Positions 26,421 to 38,840 of a stretch of 64,000 bases of DNA are shown piece after piece (position 1 is the first letter of the stretch; each line of letters begins with the position of its first letter). The notes under the pieces were generated by a model. The model was given only the letters and a program-made list of their open reading frames with translations, searched no databases and was not told the origin of the DNA. Origin of the DNA: Lama guanicoe (taxonomy: Eukaryota); assembly GCA_013239625.1 (NCBI GenBank), contig MU055362.1:18509448-18573447 (forward strand), read 5' to 3'. Made by a program: the position numbers and the translations under genes.

Positions 26421-28580
26421 TTTCCTACCCAGAATGACAATGAAAATAAGAACAATAGCAACAAAATGCCATCTCCCACTTACATGGCTCATTACGCTTT
26501 CAAAGCACTTTCACATCCTTTATTTCATTTCATTCGCACTGCGGCCTGTATAACCTATATTTCCACACGCACAGAAACAGCAGGAAGTGAGGTGAAGAGG
26601 TTTGCCAGAACCGGCTAGGAAGTTAGCTGCAGGCTCCCGGAATTAGACCCCAGTCCAGAGTTGTGATCATGCTCCCTGGTTCCACCCACACCTGAGTCAG
26701 CTTTTTAACCAACCAATAAAGAAATCAGAGTGGGGCCTGTTCCAGGATACCCACTTGTTATTAGTATGGAAATGAAAAGACTTGCTTCTCACATGTTGTT
26801 CTGACTTCCCAGAACATAAAGATGGTGATACCCTAGGATCATCCGAATCTAACAGGCTGTCTCCTAACTCCTCGGGGGAGGGCTGGCACCTAACTCCACT
26901 TTTAGGAGGGACCACTGAAGGTTTTCAAGGAGAGGAATTATGTCAATTTAGCATGCTTTGGAAAGATTAATTCATATTTCTGAACTTGTATTTGATGGTG
27001 CATATGTCTGATTGTTGAATACTCACACCTCTTGGAGCCAAATTGTAAAAATACTGTGAAGACCTATCCTGGCTTCTTTGGCAACCGAACCCCCTCTCCT
27101 TACCCTGCCTTTCACTCCAGTGAGTAGGCTGTCTTCATCAGAGAGGGTGGCTTACATTTGGAGCAGAAGGTCCTTGCATATTTGATGAGGTCAGCACTGA
27201 CCTTCAGATCTCCAGTCTCACACCCGCACCTTCCAGAGGCAGGCCTGACTCTCCATACAGGAGCCCCGCTCACTCATCACTCCTCAGTCCTACAACAGGA
27301 GTGGGGCTGCTCCTGGCCTGTCAGATCTGGACCCGGCCCAAACTGATCTGTGTGGGGCCGGGCCTGGAGCTGCCTCTCTGCCCACCTCTCCCCTGGGAGC
27401 AATTTCCACACACTTATCTCTGGGAGTTCATGGCTCTGTCGAGCAAGGGGTCTGATGATCTCTCTCTGAACCTGCCTGTCATTCACAGCACAGAAGGAAC
27501 GCTGAACCAAGACCTCTGCATCTAGTTCTGACGGTTCATTCTCTGTACAGCTCAGATGGCATCACTGCAATGTTATCACGCTGGAGGCGGGGCAGGGCCT
27601 AGAAACCGTCGTCACTATAATGTTGATTTTCTGAAGGTGACTTACAGCCTTATTTCCAGCTGGTGGCCTGGTTCTGGCCTTTTCTACTGACCCATAAAAC
27701 TGAGCTTCGGTCTGGACACCACACACAGCTGTTGGAGTCACTCTCCATCAGGAGCAGCTGGGAGGTTGTCTGGATTTTGTACCACAGGCCAAGGATGGGC
27801 GATGAGCCGTTTCCCTTTGCTCTCTAAGTCCTTCTCTGGCCAAAAATGGCTGAGCCACAGGAAGAACAAAAGCAAGCAGGACAGGTGAACTGGGGTCACA
27901 GACGCCTGCTTTATCACCTACTGCATTAAGTCCCTAATGTGGAAACATCCATTAAATATTAGATATGAAAACTCATTCTCAGATTAGAGGAAGGAGGACT
28001 GTTGCATGTTTCTGTCCTCCTCCAGAACAGCCCAGATGAGTGACATGATGTCAGTTCTCTCATCTTGCAAAAAAATTAATGCAAGATGTTGGTTAATTAA
28101 GAAATTTCTGAAATCATCATAAGCCTATGCATCATTCCACAGGTAAAAACTCTTTAGGTAGAGGAGTCAAACTGAACTGCTCTTATGATTTAAAAAAAAA
28201 AATAGGCAAGGACACTTTTCAGCTTCTGCATCCCAGAGACATTTCACTTGTCTAAATAAATAAATGATGTGTTTCTGAAATTACACTACCGGTGTGCAGA
28301 TCCAGGCTCCCAGAACTCCAAGCTGTACAGCCTTGGGCAGGTCACTTAACCACGCTCGATAGCATGGGATAGGGACAGTGTCTTCCTCAGAGCATTGCTG
28401 GGGTGTTTGCGGGTGTTGACAGAGTAAAGCATCCAGCTGAGAGCCTGGGCAGAGTAAGTGCCGTAAATGATAGCTGGGCACACATCAGACAGAGCGAGCC
28501 AGCCTGGGGCTGCTCAGGCTTCGCTGCAATGGCTTCCTTTGCTGCAATAAGGAGCCCCGTGCTGTCGTTCCTCCCTGCAG

Positions 28581-28746
28581 GTCAGTGCAGCTGAATGGCC
28601 AGCCCTTAGTGATGGTGGACGACGGGACCCTCCCAGAACTGAAGCCCCGCCCCCTGCGGGCCGGCCGGACGTTGGTCATCCCTCCAGTCACCATGGGCTT
28701 CTATGTGGTCAAGAATGTCAACGCTTTGGCCTGCCGCTACCGATAA
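28581..28746 (+). CDS. HPSE2: Heparanase-2, last coding exon: (K)SVQLNGQPLVMVDDGTLPELKPRPLRAGRTLVIPPVTMGFYVVKNVNALACRYR*
   Basis: Acceptor ctccctgcag|G; frame continues from the previous exon (AA|G); TAA at 28744-28746; recognised HPSE2 C-terminus. Confidence 0.97.
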
Positions 28747-31244
28747 ACCCCCTCACACTCCCAAGTCCCCAGCGGGCCCGCTGGACTGCTTTCCACTCTT
28801 CCACCCTAATGGTATCAGTTTTTTTCAGACGTCTTCTTAGCAACAAACCAGCCTCTGCTGCCCCATCCTGCTGGAATCAACATTGACTTGCTCTCCAAAG
28901 AGACAAATATCCCAGCGTGAGCTTAGTCTAGGTAGGTCACATTCACCCCAAAGGAAAATGTAGACATCATCTGTACCTACGTGAGCACAAAGGTACGTGT
29001 GTGGAGCCGTACGCGCCCCCAGACGTGCACCAGAGGAACAAGCCGGCAGCGCACGCCCAGGACAAATGAAACAGCTCCCTGTGACCCCGGTCACACAGCA
29101 GTGTACCTGCAGACCTAGCCCATGGCGGCTGCCCTCAGCAGATGAGGGAGGAAAAACCCAGTGGCCCTTCAAAAGCCCAGTCCTCTTCTGACTCCTTTCC
29201 TTTTTCTGTTCCCTGCTGTTGCCCTGGGTTTCCTATCACCTCTCCTCCCACAGGGGAGCAAGTGGGTGAGTCAGTGCTAGCCTGCTGGGCGAGCTGTTTA
29301 TGTAATTTCCTGGCTGATGTATGAGTGTGTGCATCTGGGTTTCTGACAGTGGCATCCATCACTGGCTATTCCTCTGGGAAGCGGGTGCTTCAAAAGTAAA
29401 ATTGCAATCATACTCCAGGTTTTGTAAGAAGGTTGTATTCCTCTGTGAATCCAGATTCCCCCAGGGTTGGAATGGGAGTCAGGTAACAATATTCCTTGAG
29501 TGGAGAGCAATGTATTAGGCACCACAAAAAGCAATCATCATCCGTCATGTGGCTGCAAGGGAGAGAATTTCAGCACAAAGAGAAAGCTCACCCACCACCA
29601 AACACACACAACACACCCTCCCCACAACTGAACAAAGCAAACAATCGGACCTGCCTCAAATTTGAGAGAATATTAAGAGCTTGTTAGGGTAGGCCCTTAA
29701 TGGTCTGGTTGACCAAAACCATTTTTTTAAATGGGTGTAAATCAAAGGTCATCACAGCTGTAAGACACAACTGAAGCTAACCTTTCTGCCTCTTCCCAAG
29801 TAGCTGAGTTCTCTGAACGGCTTGTACTAGGCAGAAATCTAATGTGGTCATGAAAGATGGCCAGGTCCGGGCTCTCCCAGGCCAGCTAATTTGAGCACAG
29901 AACAAAGTGTTCAGTTCACCACGTTGGAGGAGGGGGATCAGGGGGACCTGGAGACTGAGGTCTGATGGGGAAAGTGTGGAATGGTAGGTGGGAGGCACCC
30001 AGGTTGGGCAGGGGGTATGGAGTGGTTTAAAGTTCATGATGAGGGCCTTCTGTATGACTCAGGAGATTTGTGTGGGTCTTTGCAAACAAGCGGCAACTGA
30101 AGTGACTCTTTTCGGTGGACGTGATTTTCTTTTGCAGGATAAATGACACGACTGGTGCTCTTTTTTCAGGAAGAGCTATTAGACAGTGTCATAGGGTTCC
30201 AGCAGAGTGATACAACTTCTGTGATGTGAAAGGATGGAAATGGGGCAGGCGGCAAGGCGGCCGAGGCCAGAGGCCAGGGAGACTGCCTGTGGAGGAGCTG
30301 AGAAGCAGGGCCAAGTCTGCAGAGTGAGTGATAAGGAAGATTAGGAAGATTAGACAAGAGAGGAGGGAGCAGACTCTCAGCATGGAGAACTGGGGGCCTG
30401 GGAGTGGAGAGCTGATAAGCTCATTTTACATGTCGGGAGGAGAGCGGACTTGGTTTTGACAAGCTTATTATGAGGTAGAGGAGGCACAGCACAGAGGAGG
30501 TGTGTGCCTTGCAGAGCGGGAAGGGGCAGACCGAGGACCTGGCTGGACCCGTCAGCAGTGGCTCAGCCTGAGTCAGCTGGAGAGAGAGGAGCAGAGCCTG
30601 GCACGTCCCCGTCCCCACGAGGCTGCCCAGGGGTGCCCCTCTTCCCCAGAAGCTGGCACCTCCCCAGAAGCTTCAGCTCTGGGAGGGAGAAAGGGAAGTG
30701 CCCAGACTGCGGGTGGAAAGACAGGGAAGAAGCAGTGAAGGAAAGTGAAGAAGAGAAAGGACAAGAGAAATGAGAGACGATGAGGTTGTTTCCCCTCACT
30801 TTTAAAGCTCTGTGCGGATATCGAAGTCTCTTCTACGTACTGTGCAGGTTGTGGGCCCCTCATGTTAGCAAGAGTAACCAGGGGTCCCCGGGCGGCTTCC
30901 GGGCTGGTTTGCTTTACATACACGGCAGCCCCCAGGGTGTTACTATTCTTACCCTCTTTTTTCCTCTGAGGCGTGGAGAGGGTCTGAAATTTGCTCAGAG
31001 TCCCCCAGGGGAGTGGGTTACTGAGCTAGGAATAGTCCAGAGCCAGTTCCTTTAATTGCCCAGCTCAGTGACTGCCCAGCTCACAAACTCACCCCTTCCC
31101 TGCTTTGTAGGTTCTGCTAATTCAGTGCAGCCAGGACCTACAGCGCTCCGTTCAGACACATGCTCTGTGAATAAGTGTTGACTCTTCACCAAGTCTCGAA
31201 ACTTGCAGAATACAGGCCGTCCCTGCTTCTTTTGTCTTTTGTAT

Positions 31245-31321
31245 ATTAAATGCTGCTCCTAAGAGGTTTAAGTTTTGGTTTTCGGCTTTGGGTTTGGGGT
31301 TTTCCTTTTCTAGTTAATAAA
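31245..31321 (+). terminator. HPSE2: Probable HPSE2 polyadenylation signals (3'UTR about 2.5 kb)
   Basis: ATTAAA at 31245-31250 followed by a GT-rich element (gttttggttttcggctttgggtttgggg); AATAAA at 31316-31321. Confidence 0.65.
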
Positions 31322-34199
31322 AAGGGAGAAAGGAATCAATGAAATTTGTCTTTGGAGTCCTAAGATTCTAACTGAAACTGCCTCATGGAAGAAGTATTTG
31401 TATTGTTCAAAGGGCACCAAGAAACTCACTATAACTGCACATTCTGTAGGGATTTTAGTACAGGCCATCTGTCCTTGCTTTCTCATTTTGGGGTGAGGGG
31501 TAATTACTAAGTCAGCAGAGATCGCTCCTTATAAGGAATTCATCTATCACACTCCCCCAAAAGACAGCTTGTGGCAAATCTCAGCATCACGATGCACGTC
31601 AGGGGAGCAGCTTGCCGGGCTGGGCCCCAGGACAAAAGAGCTTATCTGTCGGCTTCCCCCATCAGATTTTTCCTCTGAAAACAAGATTTGGCCAAGATAG
31701 TCTAAAGACTTAAGAGCCACTTTATTTTAAACGAAAGAATGACCTTGCAGAAATGCTTCTCTGAACGCACAATAATGTATAATGAGAAGTTTGTGCCTTT
31801 TGTTGAGATAATTTTCTGCTCCTCCTGCCTCTAAGAATAATTTTCTTTCTCCTTTCCTATCGCGAAGACTCAGAACAAATTCTCATTGTTATTTGAAGAG
31901 AAAGTCTCAATTCGTCTAGTGCCCTGAAAAAGCTTGCAACTGGGGGGGGGATATTGGCATTATCTGCAACTGGTGAAAAGCTTGAAAACACCAGACCTGG
32001 GCTACAGTGAGACTAAGGCCTGGGATTCCCAGAAAAGCAATTCCCAAAGGCCACTCGCCATCTATAGCCCCAGCCCCTCCCCAGCAGTTGGGCAGTCCCC
32101 GAGGCAGAGGCAGATGGGCCGCAGGCCTGTTCTCTCCCACAGGGCAGAGGTCGATGGCAGATTCTGCCTGAGAGGCGCCTAGCTCTCAGCACCGGGGAGC
32201 CTCTGCAGTGGGGAGGACCCAGCAGGACTGGAAACTGCTGAGCAGCCACGTGGTCCGGGCCAGGCCCAGCATCTGCAGGTGTGCACTCAGGGTCCCTGTG
32301 TTTGGGATGGAGGCAGCTGCTGGATTCACCTTGGAAATCCAGTGAGAGCAGCTTTACTTCTGAAAACAAAACGGGAAGTGTTTAAGCTCTGCAGAAGCCA
32401 AGGTGAACCAGGTGGATGGCTCAGACAATAAAAACACTGGGACAGAGAAGGACTTTAAAATTTTGAAATATCAATAAAGCAAAAAAAAAAAATAGAGATA
32501 TGGCCTGGAGAAGGCAAGGGAAGAGGGGCATGTTTATGCCCCAGCCTTAGCGCTGCCCAGTGCTCTTTTCCACTCACTTCTCAGCAGTTCCACAGCCTCG
32601 CCTCTGCCAGCCATGCTGTCCCCAGCCCAGAGCCTGGGGAAATCTACTGCACTGAAAGGGAGTTAAGTTTTGATTGAAAAGTTTGCGATCTTTTCTGAGG
32701 ATGTACCAGAATTGCAAATAAGATAGGAGTACTCAAAGAGAAACAGCTATTAAAAGGCCCAAGAGCATAAAAGTCCCTGGCTCTGAGTCCCAGTTTCTGT
32801 AACTGCTTTCCTAAGCCCGTCTCGGGTGGTGACTAGCTGGAGTGCTTGGAAGGACCAGAGCGGCATAACTGGGACTTGAACCCAGATCTGTAGGTGTCCA
32901 AAGCCTGTTCTCATTGCACTGTGCTCAGTCTTGTTGATTGGCCGTGGCCAACATTTTCCCACCTCTGTGTTGCCCACAGCTAACTTTCTTAAGTTCTGCG
33001 TGTGTCTACAGAGAGTACAAGCAGTGCCCTCGCCCAGGAGAGTTGATCTTGGGGTTTGGGGGCGCCGCCCAGCCGCTCTGACGACACAGGCGTGGTCAGT
33101 GTCATTACTCTTGGAGGAGTGCTTCGGAGCAACTGCGAGTAGTGAGTCGAGCTGTGGCCAGCCGTGGCGTAGAATTTGCATTCGGGCTCACCTCGGCCTA
33201 CCAGCGGCCCTCCTGGTCTGCTCCTCTCCCCTGTTTTTCTGGAGAACAGTTTAAAGGGCCACTCCCAGGCACCACAGCTGATGGTTCTTGACGTTTCTGA
33301 GTCCCGGAGGTAAGTGGCAGAGCCAGTGGGCACCCCAACAGGCACTGCCTCTGAGCACTGCTTCCCCTCCCTCCACCACCCAGAGGTGTGGAAGTTTCTC
33401 TTCACCTTCCTAGACTAACTAATAAATCCATTACTTATTGCCCTAGGGTAGTGTTTGTAAATATCACTGTAAAACAAGAAAGCCAAAATACAGCAAAGCA
33501 GCTGCTTTGGCACCCACTTCCTTCCAAACCCCGGGGCAGCTCTCGGAGCCCAGGGAACATGTGGGAGGGGCTGACCAAGTTCCACCTGACCTGTTCAAGA
33601 ATAAATCCTCCTGTCCTGTGCACCCAGCAGAGAAAAGGGGGCCCTTCTTTACAGCCCACATCGTGCATATTACTCTTCTAATTATTAGTCATGAAAATAT
33701 TCTAGGATTCTTTTTCAAGCTGTAAATGTTATGTAATAAGTTATATTTTTGGAAGAAGCAAAAAGAAACCTTAGTTTTATTCATCTGGAAGTTGGCAAAA
33801 TGAGTGCAGGAACACCTCCCGGGGAAACGTTCTCCGTGCAGGGGATTTTAACAGGTGTTAATATTTTCTTCCAGGGAACAGATTATATTAAGGTTTATAT
33901 GAGCCTGGTGATGGCAGAGAGTTTGGGTCCATGAGGTAGCTATATTTTGAGGTAATGTTTTGTAAGTAATAAAATGTGGATACTCTAACTGTCTGTTCTC
34001 AGGGTGTTCTGTGGCGGGAGGGAGGCCACTATCGTTCATACTACACCTCGACCTTAAGACCAACTGCCTGATGAACTAACGTATGCTGGGGATCTTTGAT
34101 TTCGTGGTGTGCTACCCTCTCCCTCCACCCACTCCTCCACAAGCATTGCTTCAAGTACTCCACGTGGAAATAAAATTGTATTATTCAAATTAGACGTCA

Positions 34200-34610
34200 T
34201 TGACTATGTTAAAGTAACTGTTAGCTGCAATAACAGGTAAAAACCTTAACACAAAGTTTATTTCTTGCTAATAGATCATGTAAAGGCAAGTTGGTGGTAA
34301 TGGGCTACGGTGGGCAGGGGTTCTGCTCCCTGGAGTCCTTTAGGGATCCAGACTGATGTAGGCTCTCTGCCATCTCCAGTACTTGGCTTCCAAGGACGCT
34401 ATGGCAACAACCTGCAGCTGGCAGACAAGGAGAGACAGTATGCAAAGTCATATGGGAGTATTTTAGGGGCCTAACCTGGAACTGGCATAAATTCCTTCCA
34501 CTTAATTCCTTAGGCCGTAAGTCAGTCACTTGGTCCCATCAAATGTTGGGGGCCCAGGAAATGAAGCCTCTGGCTGGACAGCTACTTCCCAACAAAAATT
34601 ATATTTCATT
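34200..34610. mobile_element. MLT1-like (ERVL-MaLR) solo LTR
   Basis: ttagctgcaataaca...aaagtttatttcttgct...ttctgctcc...agggatccagactgatg...gtcacttgg. Confidence 0.55.
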
Positions 34611-34628
34611 ACTGTAGATAGAATATCT

Positions 34629-34790
34629 GGGGAGGATATAGCTCAAGTGGTAGAGTGCAAGCTTACCATGCATGAGGTCCTGAGTTCAATCCCCAGTACC
34701 TCCTCTAAATATAAATAAATATGTAAACCTAATTACCTCCTCCCCCCAAAAAAATTAAAAACAATTTTTTTAAATAAACATTAAAAAAAT
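34629..34790 (+). mobile_element. tRNA-derived SINE (camelid Vic-1-like) with target-site duplication
   Basis: Pol III A box TAGCTCAAGTGG at 34639, B box GAGTTCAATCC at 34682, A-rich tail. TSD tagatagaatatct (34615-34628) / tagattgaatgtct (34791-34804). Confidence 0.85.
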
Positions 34791-34915
34791 TAGATTGAAT
34801 GTCTATGTCCCTCCCAAATTCATATGCTGAAACCTAATCCCCAATGTGATAGTATTTGGGGGTGGAGCCTCTGGGGGAGTGATTAGGTCGTAAGGGTGAA
34901 GCCCTCATGAATGAC
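34791..34915. mobile_element. MLT1A/MST-like LTR end fragment
   Basis: tgaatgtctatgtccctcccaaattcatatgctgaaacctaatccccaatgtgatagtatttgggggtggagcct...gccctcatgaat. Confidence 0.75.
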
Positions 34916-36060
34916 TCACAGACCTAAATGGCAAAACCTTAAACTATAAAACTTCTGGAAGAAAACACAGGAAAAAAATCTTTGTGATCTTAGCTTAGGC
35001 AAAGACTTTTTAGATAACACACAAAAAAAGCACAAAGATTTCTGTTCTTCGAAAGTCACTGTAAAGAAAATGAAAAGACAAACCCACAGATTGGCAAAAG
35101 TAAGTAAATAAAATAATAATAATGATAATTGTGCAACACAGATACCTAATAAAGGTTTTGTATCTAAATATATAAAGAAGTCATATAAATAACAGTAAGA
35201 AAAAAATCCAACTTTAAAATGGACAAATGATTTGAATGCTTTACCAGAGAAGAGATACAGACGGCATATAAGCACATGAAAAAAAAGTTCCACATCATTA
35301 GTCCATTTTCCAGGAAAATGGAAATTAAAACTTACAGTGAGCTACCACTGTATGCCTACTAGAATGGCTAACGTTAGCAAAGGCCAATATCAAGTGCCAA
35401 GGAGGCTACAAAGCAACTAAAACTCTCCGTATTGCTGGAAGGGATGTAAAATGGTGTATGCATGTTGGAAAACAGTTTAGCAGTTTAATATAAACTTAAA
35501 CATACACTTGCCATACAGCCTAGCCACCCCACTCCTAGGTATTTACCCAAGTGAAACAAAAATTATGTTGACACAAAAATCTGGACATAATTACAAACAG
35601 ATAAACTGAATTATATCAAAGTTGAAAACTTTTGTGCTGCAAGTGATACCATTAAGAAAGTGAAAAGACAAACCACATAATAGGAGAAAATGTTTGCAAA
35701 TCATATACCTAATAAGGGACTTGTGGGCAGAATATATAAAGAATACTTACAACTCAATGGTAATAAAATAATTATAAAACAAAGGGATTTGAATAAACAT
35801 TTCTTCAAAGAAGATACACAAATGACCAAACAGCACACAAGACGTTGAACATCACTAGTCTCAGCATCAAATCAAAATCACAATGAGGTATCACTTCTCA
35901 CCCACTAGGATGGCTAAATAGACAGTAACAAATGTTGATGAAGATGTGGAGAAACTGGGACCTTCATATGTTGTTGGTGGGAAATGAAAACTACTAGTAG
36001 TGGGAATGAATAAACAGTAGCATATCCATTTGACAAAATTTATTCAACCACTGAAATTCA
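34916..36060 (+). mobile_element. L1 ORF2 3' fragments (two stacked pieces)
   Basis: aaactataaaacttctggaagaaaacacagga; ccactcctaggtatttaccca; a second similar segment starts near 35590. Confidence 0.85.
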
Positions 36061-36458
36061 TGCCGATGAAGGGTTGACACAGAACTGTGGTGAGTGAAAA
36101 TAGCAGGATAGAGTGCTCAGCCAGATCTCACCTGTGGGCTGCAGAGAGAAATGCCTGTGGTGGGGATCTGTGCTGTAGATGGGGGGCTGGAAGGTCTTGG
36201 GCTTAAGAGAGGCTGGGAGGGGTGGGCAGTGAATGGGGAGGGGAGTGATGCTCCCTTTGTCTGCAAGTGGTGGAGGCATTAATTCTTGGCCCCTGCCTTA
36301 CCCCAGGGGATGCTCAATCTGCTGTACCCCAGCCAGTTCCCTCCAACTCATCCCCTGCTGGGCTGCAGCTCAAAGCTCCCAGGTGGCACCAAGGGTAGCT
36401 TGGGTGGGAATTTAGGCCTTTCCACGGTCTTCATCAACTCTCCCAACCTTCAGCCGCT

Positions 36459-36484
<26 letters not shown>
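36459..36484. repeat. (AC)13 microsatellite
   Basis: Perfect AC repeat about 0.6 kb upstream of the HPS1 promoter. Confidence 0.95.
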
Positions 36485-36489
<5 letters not shown>

Positions 36490-36799
36490 TTAAGAGAACT
36501 TAGCAAACACACGTTCAAAACAAAGGCCCTAATGTGCACCCCCACTGCCAAAATGAATTGAGATCCCTTATAAAGAAATTCCAGCCTTTGCACTCTGGGG
36601 ATAACTGGGTCCTTCTGCAGACTGTGTCTCCTTCCAAGGAGCCCAGAGAAACAGTCACATATGGGCAGCTCCTGCCCCAGAACTGCAGCTTGGCAAGAAA
36701 AACTAGAGGGTTGTAAAGAGCCCAGCCAGAAGACCTGCGTTGTGATCCTAACTCGGTCCCTCACAAGTTCCTTCGTCTCTCTGGGCCTCAGTTTCCTCT

Positions 36800-37670
36800 T
36801 CTGTAAAACGCGGACGTTCCTAGTATGCCAGCGGGGAGTGGCGAGAGCTCAGGTAAGTGGCAGGGCCGAGAGCAGTGCCGGACGCAGCAAGTGACCTTGA
36901 TGGCTGCGGGCGAGGCCCCGGACCCTGTGAGCCTCGGCGCCCCCTTTTGACGGAAGAAATGTGGCCAAGGCCCGGAGGCAATTGGGGCTGGCTGGGCCAG
37001 GATACCAAGGGGGGAAAAACCGCACCGCGGGCGGAGGCGCAGCCAGGGAGGGGCGGGGCTCCACCCTGAGGAGCGCGGCGAGCTCTCCAGCCCCGCCCCT
37101 GGCGGTCACATGGGCGGCCACGTGTCCCCACCCGGAAGCGGGCCGGTTGGGTCCTGGCAGGCTGGGCGGTGTTTGGCCGCGATACGGTACGTGGGCCTCC
37201 AGCACTGTCTGTGTTCAGCCGTGGGCTGCCCGCTCCGAGGGCGGCGGGGCTTCCTCCGGGACCCCCGCGCCGCCTTCCCGGAAGCGGGGTAGCGGTCCCG
37301 CCCCCAGCCTCACCCCCGCGGCGTGGGGCCTTGGGACATTCACCTCACTTCTCCGAGCCAAAGTTTCTGCATCTACGAAGTGGGGCACAACTGCGAAGTG
37401 CCACAAGCCGGGCCTTCTTCCCCCGGTAGCTGTGAGGTTCGGGGGACTTGGGGGTGAAACTGTTGCATAAACTGTGTACAATGCGGGGCAGAGGGGAAGG
37501 CTGCCATTGGGCGGAGCAACCTTCGGGGCCTCACTCCTGGGTCCTCCAGCCCAGCAGGGGCAAGCTGTGAGGGAGTGGGCCACCCCCCGACGGGGCTGCT
37601 GGCGGGCAGGAGCCGGGACCGTAGGAGCAGTTTGCTGGGAGGGTGGTGAAAGTGGGGGGGTCGGGGGGAG
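36800..37670 (+). promoter_or_regulatory. HPS1: HPS1 CpG-island promoter
   Basis: CpG-rich; GC boxes near 37050 and 37091; E-boxes GTCACATGG (37105-37113) and CACGTG (37119-37124); ETS motif CCGGAAG (37132-37138). Confidence 0.9.
37130..37186 (+). other. HPS1: HPS1 non-coding exon 1 (TSS approximate)
   Basis: Donor ACG|gtacgt at 37187 within the CpG island. Confidence 0.65.
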
Positions 37671-38737
37671 CAGTTCCCCAGTTTGACTCAGTGCCATCTG
37701 GAGCTCCAGTGAGTCCTGTGTTCCCTCTTTAGAGCAGGATAGAGAGAAGAACAGTGAAATCACAAAATGGCACTGGCGAGGTTCTCTTTCCAGCACACTT
37801 TTGGAATAAAAAACGTAGAACCTAATGTCCACTGAAAAGCTTTCCATTTTTCTGGGAACATGGCATTGAGGTCAATCATACGGGTGATGTAGAAAGTCTC
37901 CTTTACCCTGCACGAGATGCTGAGCCCCTGACAGCCCTTTCTTGCCTCTGACTTGCTTACAGTGTTTGGTTTTCCTAATTAAGCTCAAGCTTTATTATTG
38001 TTCCTGCCTTTTATCATCAAAATGTGAGTGATTCTGGAACCAGTTTAGTTCACCCTGTTATTTAAGGAAGGGGAGCTGGGAAATAGAATAACTACCCCCA
38101 AACTCTATGTAAGAAAGCACCTTGCTAAGGGTACACCTGCCTGGTGAGTCCGTGACTCATTACAGCACTGGTGGGAGGTGAAGCAGGAGGTTGAGGCCCA
38201 GAGAGGTTTATGTGCCTTGGCAAAGCCAGAACTAAAGCCAGATCCCCTGCGTCTTTTGTGTTGGTTTACTGCCATTCATTGCATCGTCCTAGGATACCTC
38301 CTCTCTTCCCCTGGGACTGCTTCTCTGTCTCCCTGGGATGTGCTGTTCTGTCTCTTGACAGTCATAGCAAGCTCCCTGGGGCTGCTGAGCGTGGGTTTGC
38401 TTACCATACCTTGTCTGGGAATGACCCACGGGGAAATGACAGTGCTCAGAAGGAAACAGTAGGTGGAGGTTAATGTTAGTGGACACCTGCTATGTCCAGG
38501 GACTGTGCTGGCCAGTTTCGTATTCATTGTGGGAAGGTGGGGTTGTCGGCATACATGGCACTGGGACACTTCCTGGCCACACGTAGTATAGTATGTTCTG
38601 AGCAGACTGCCTAAGGGCCAGAGAGAGACCTTTGACCACTCAGTCCTTCACCAACTTGTCCACCCCCGGGAACCGGCACCTGTTGGAACGAGAGCCTCTG
38701 CTTGCCCTCATGATCCCCCTGTTTTAAGCGTTTGCAG

Positions 38738-38840
38738 GACCGCGGATGCTGTGCTGCTCTCTGTGAGTCAGTCACCGAGTCAGCTGCAGCCCTTCCTGAA
38801 CCTTTGGCTGTCTGGAAGCTCTGCTGTGCTCCTTGCCAAG
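38738..38840 (+). other. HPS1: HPS1 non-coding exon 2 (103 bp)
   Basis: Acceptor tttgcag|, donor AAG|gtagat. Splicing gives GCCAAG|ATG context for the start codon. Confidence 0.8.

Noticed and set aside
34629-34705. tRNA gene
   Set aside because: A and B boxes are present, but the A-rich tail and target-site duplication identify it as a SINE.
34916-35293. 125-aa hydrophobic ORF
   Set aside because: Antisense translation of decayed L1 sequence.
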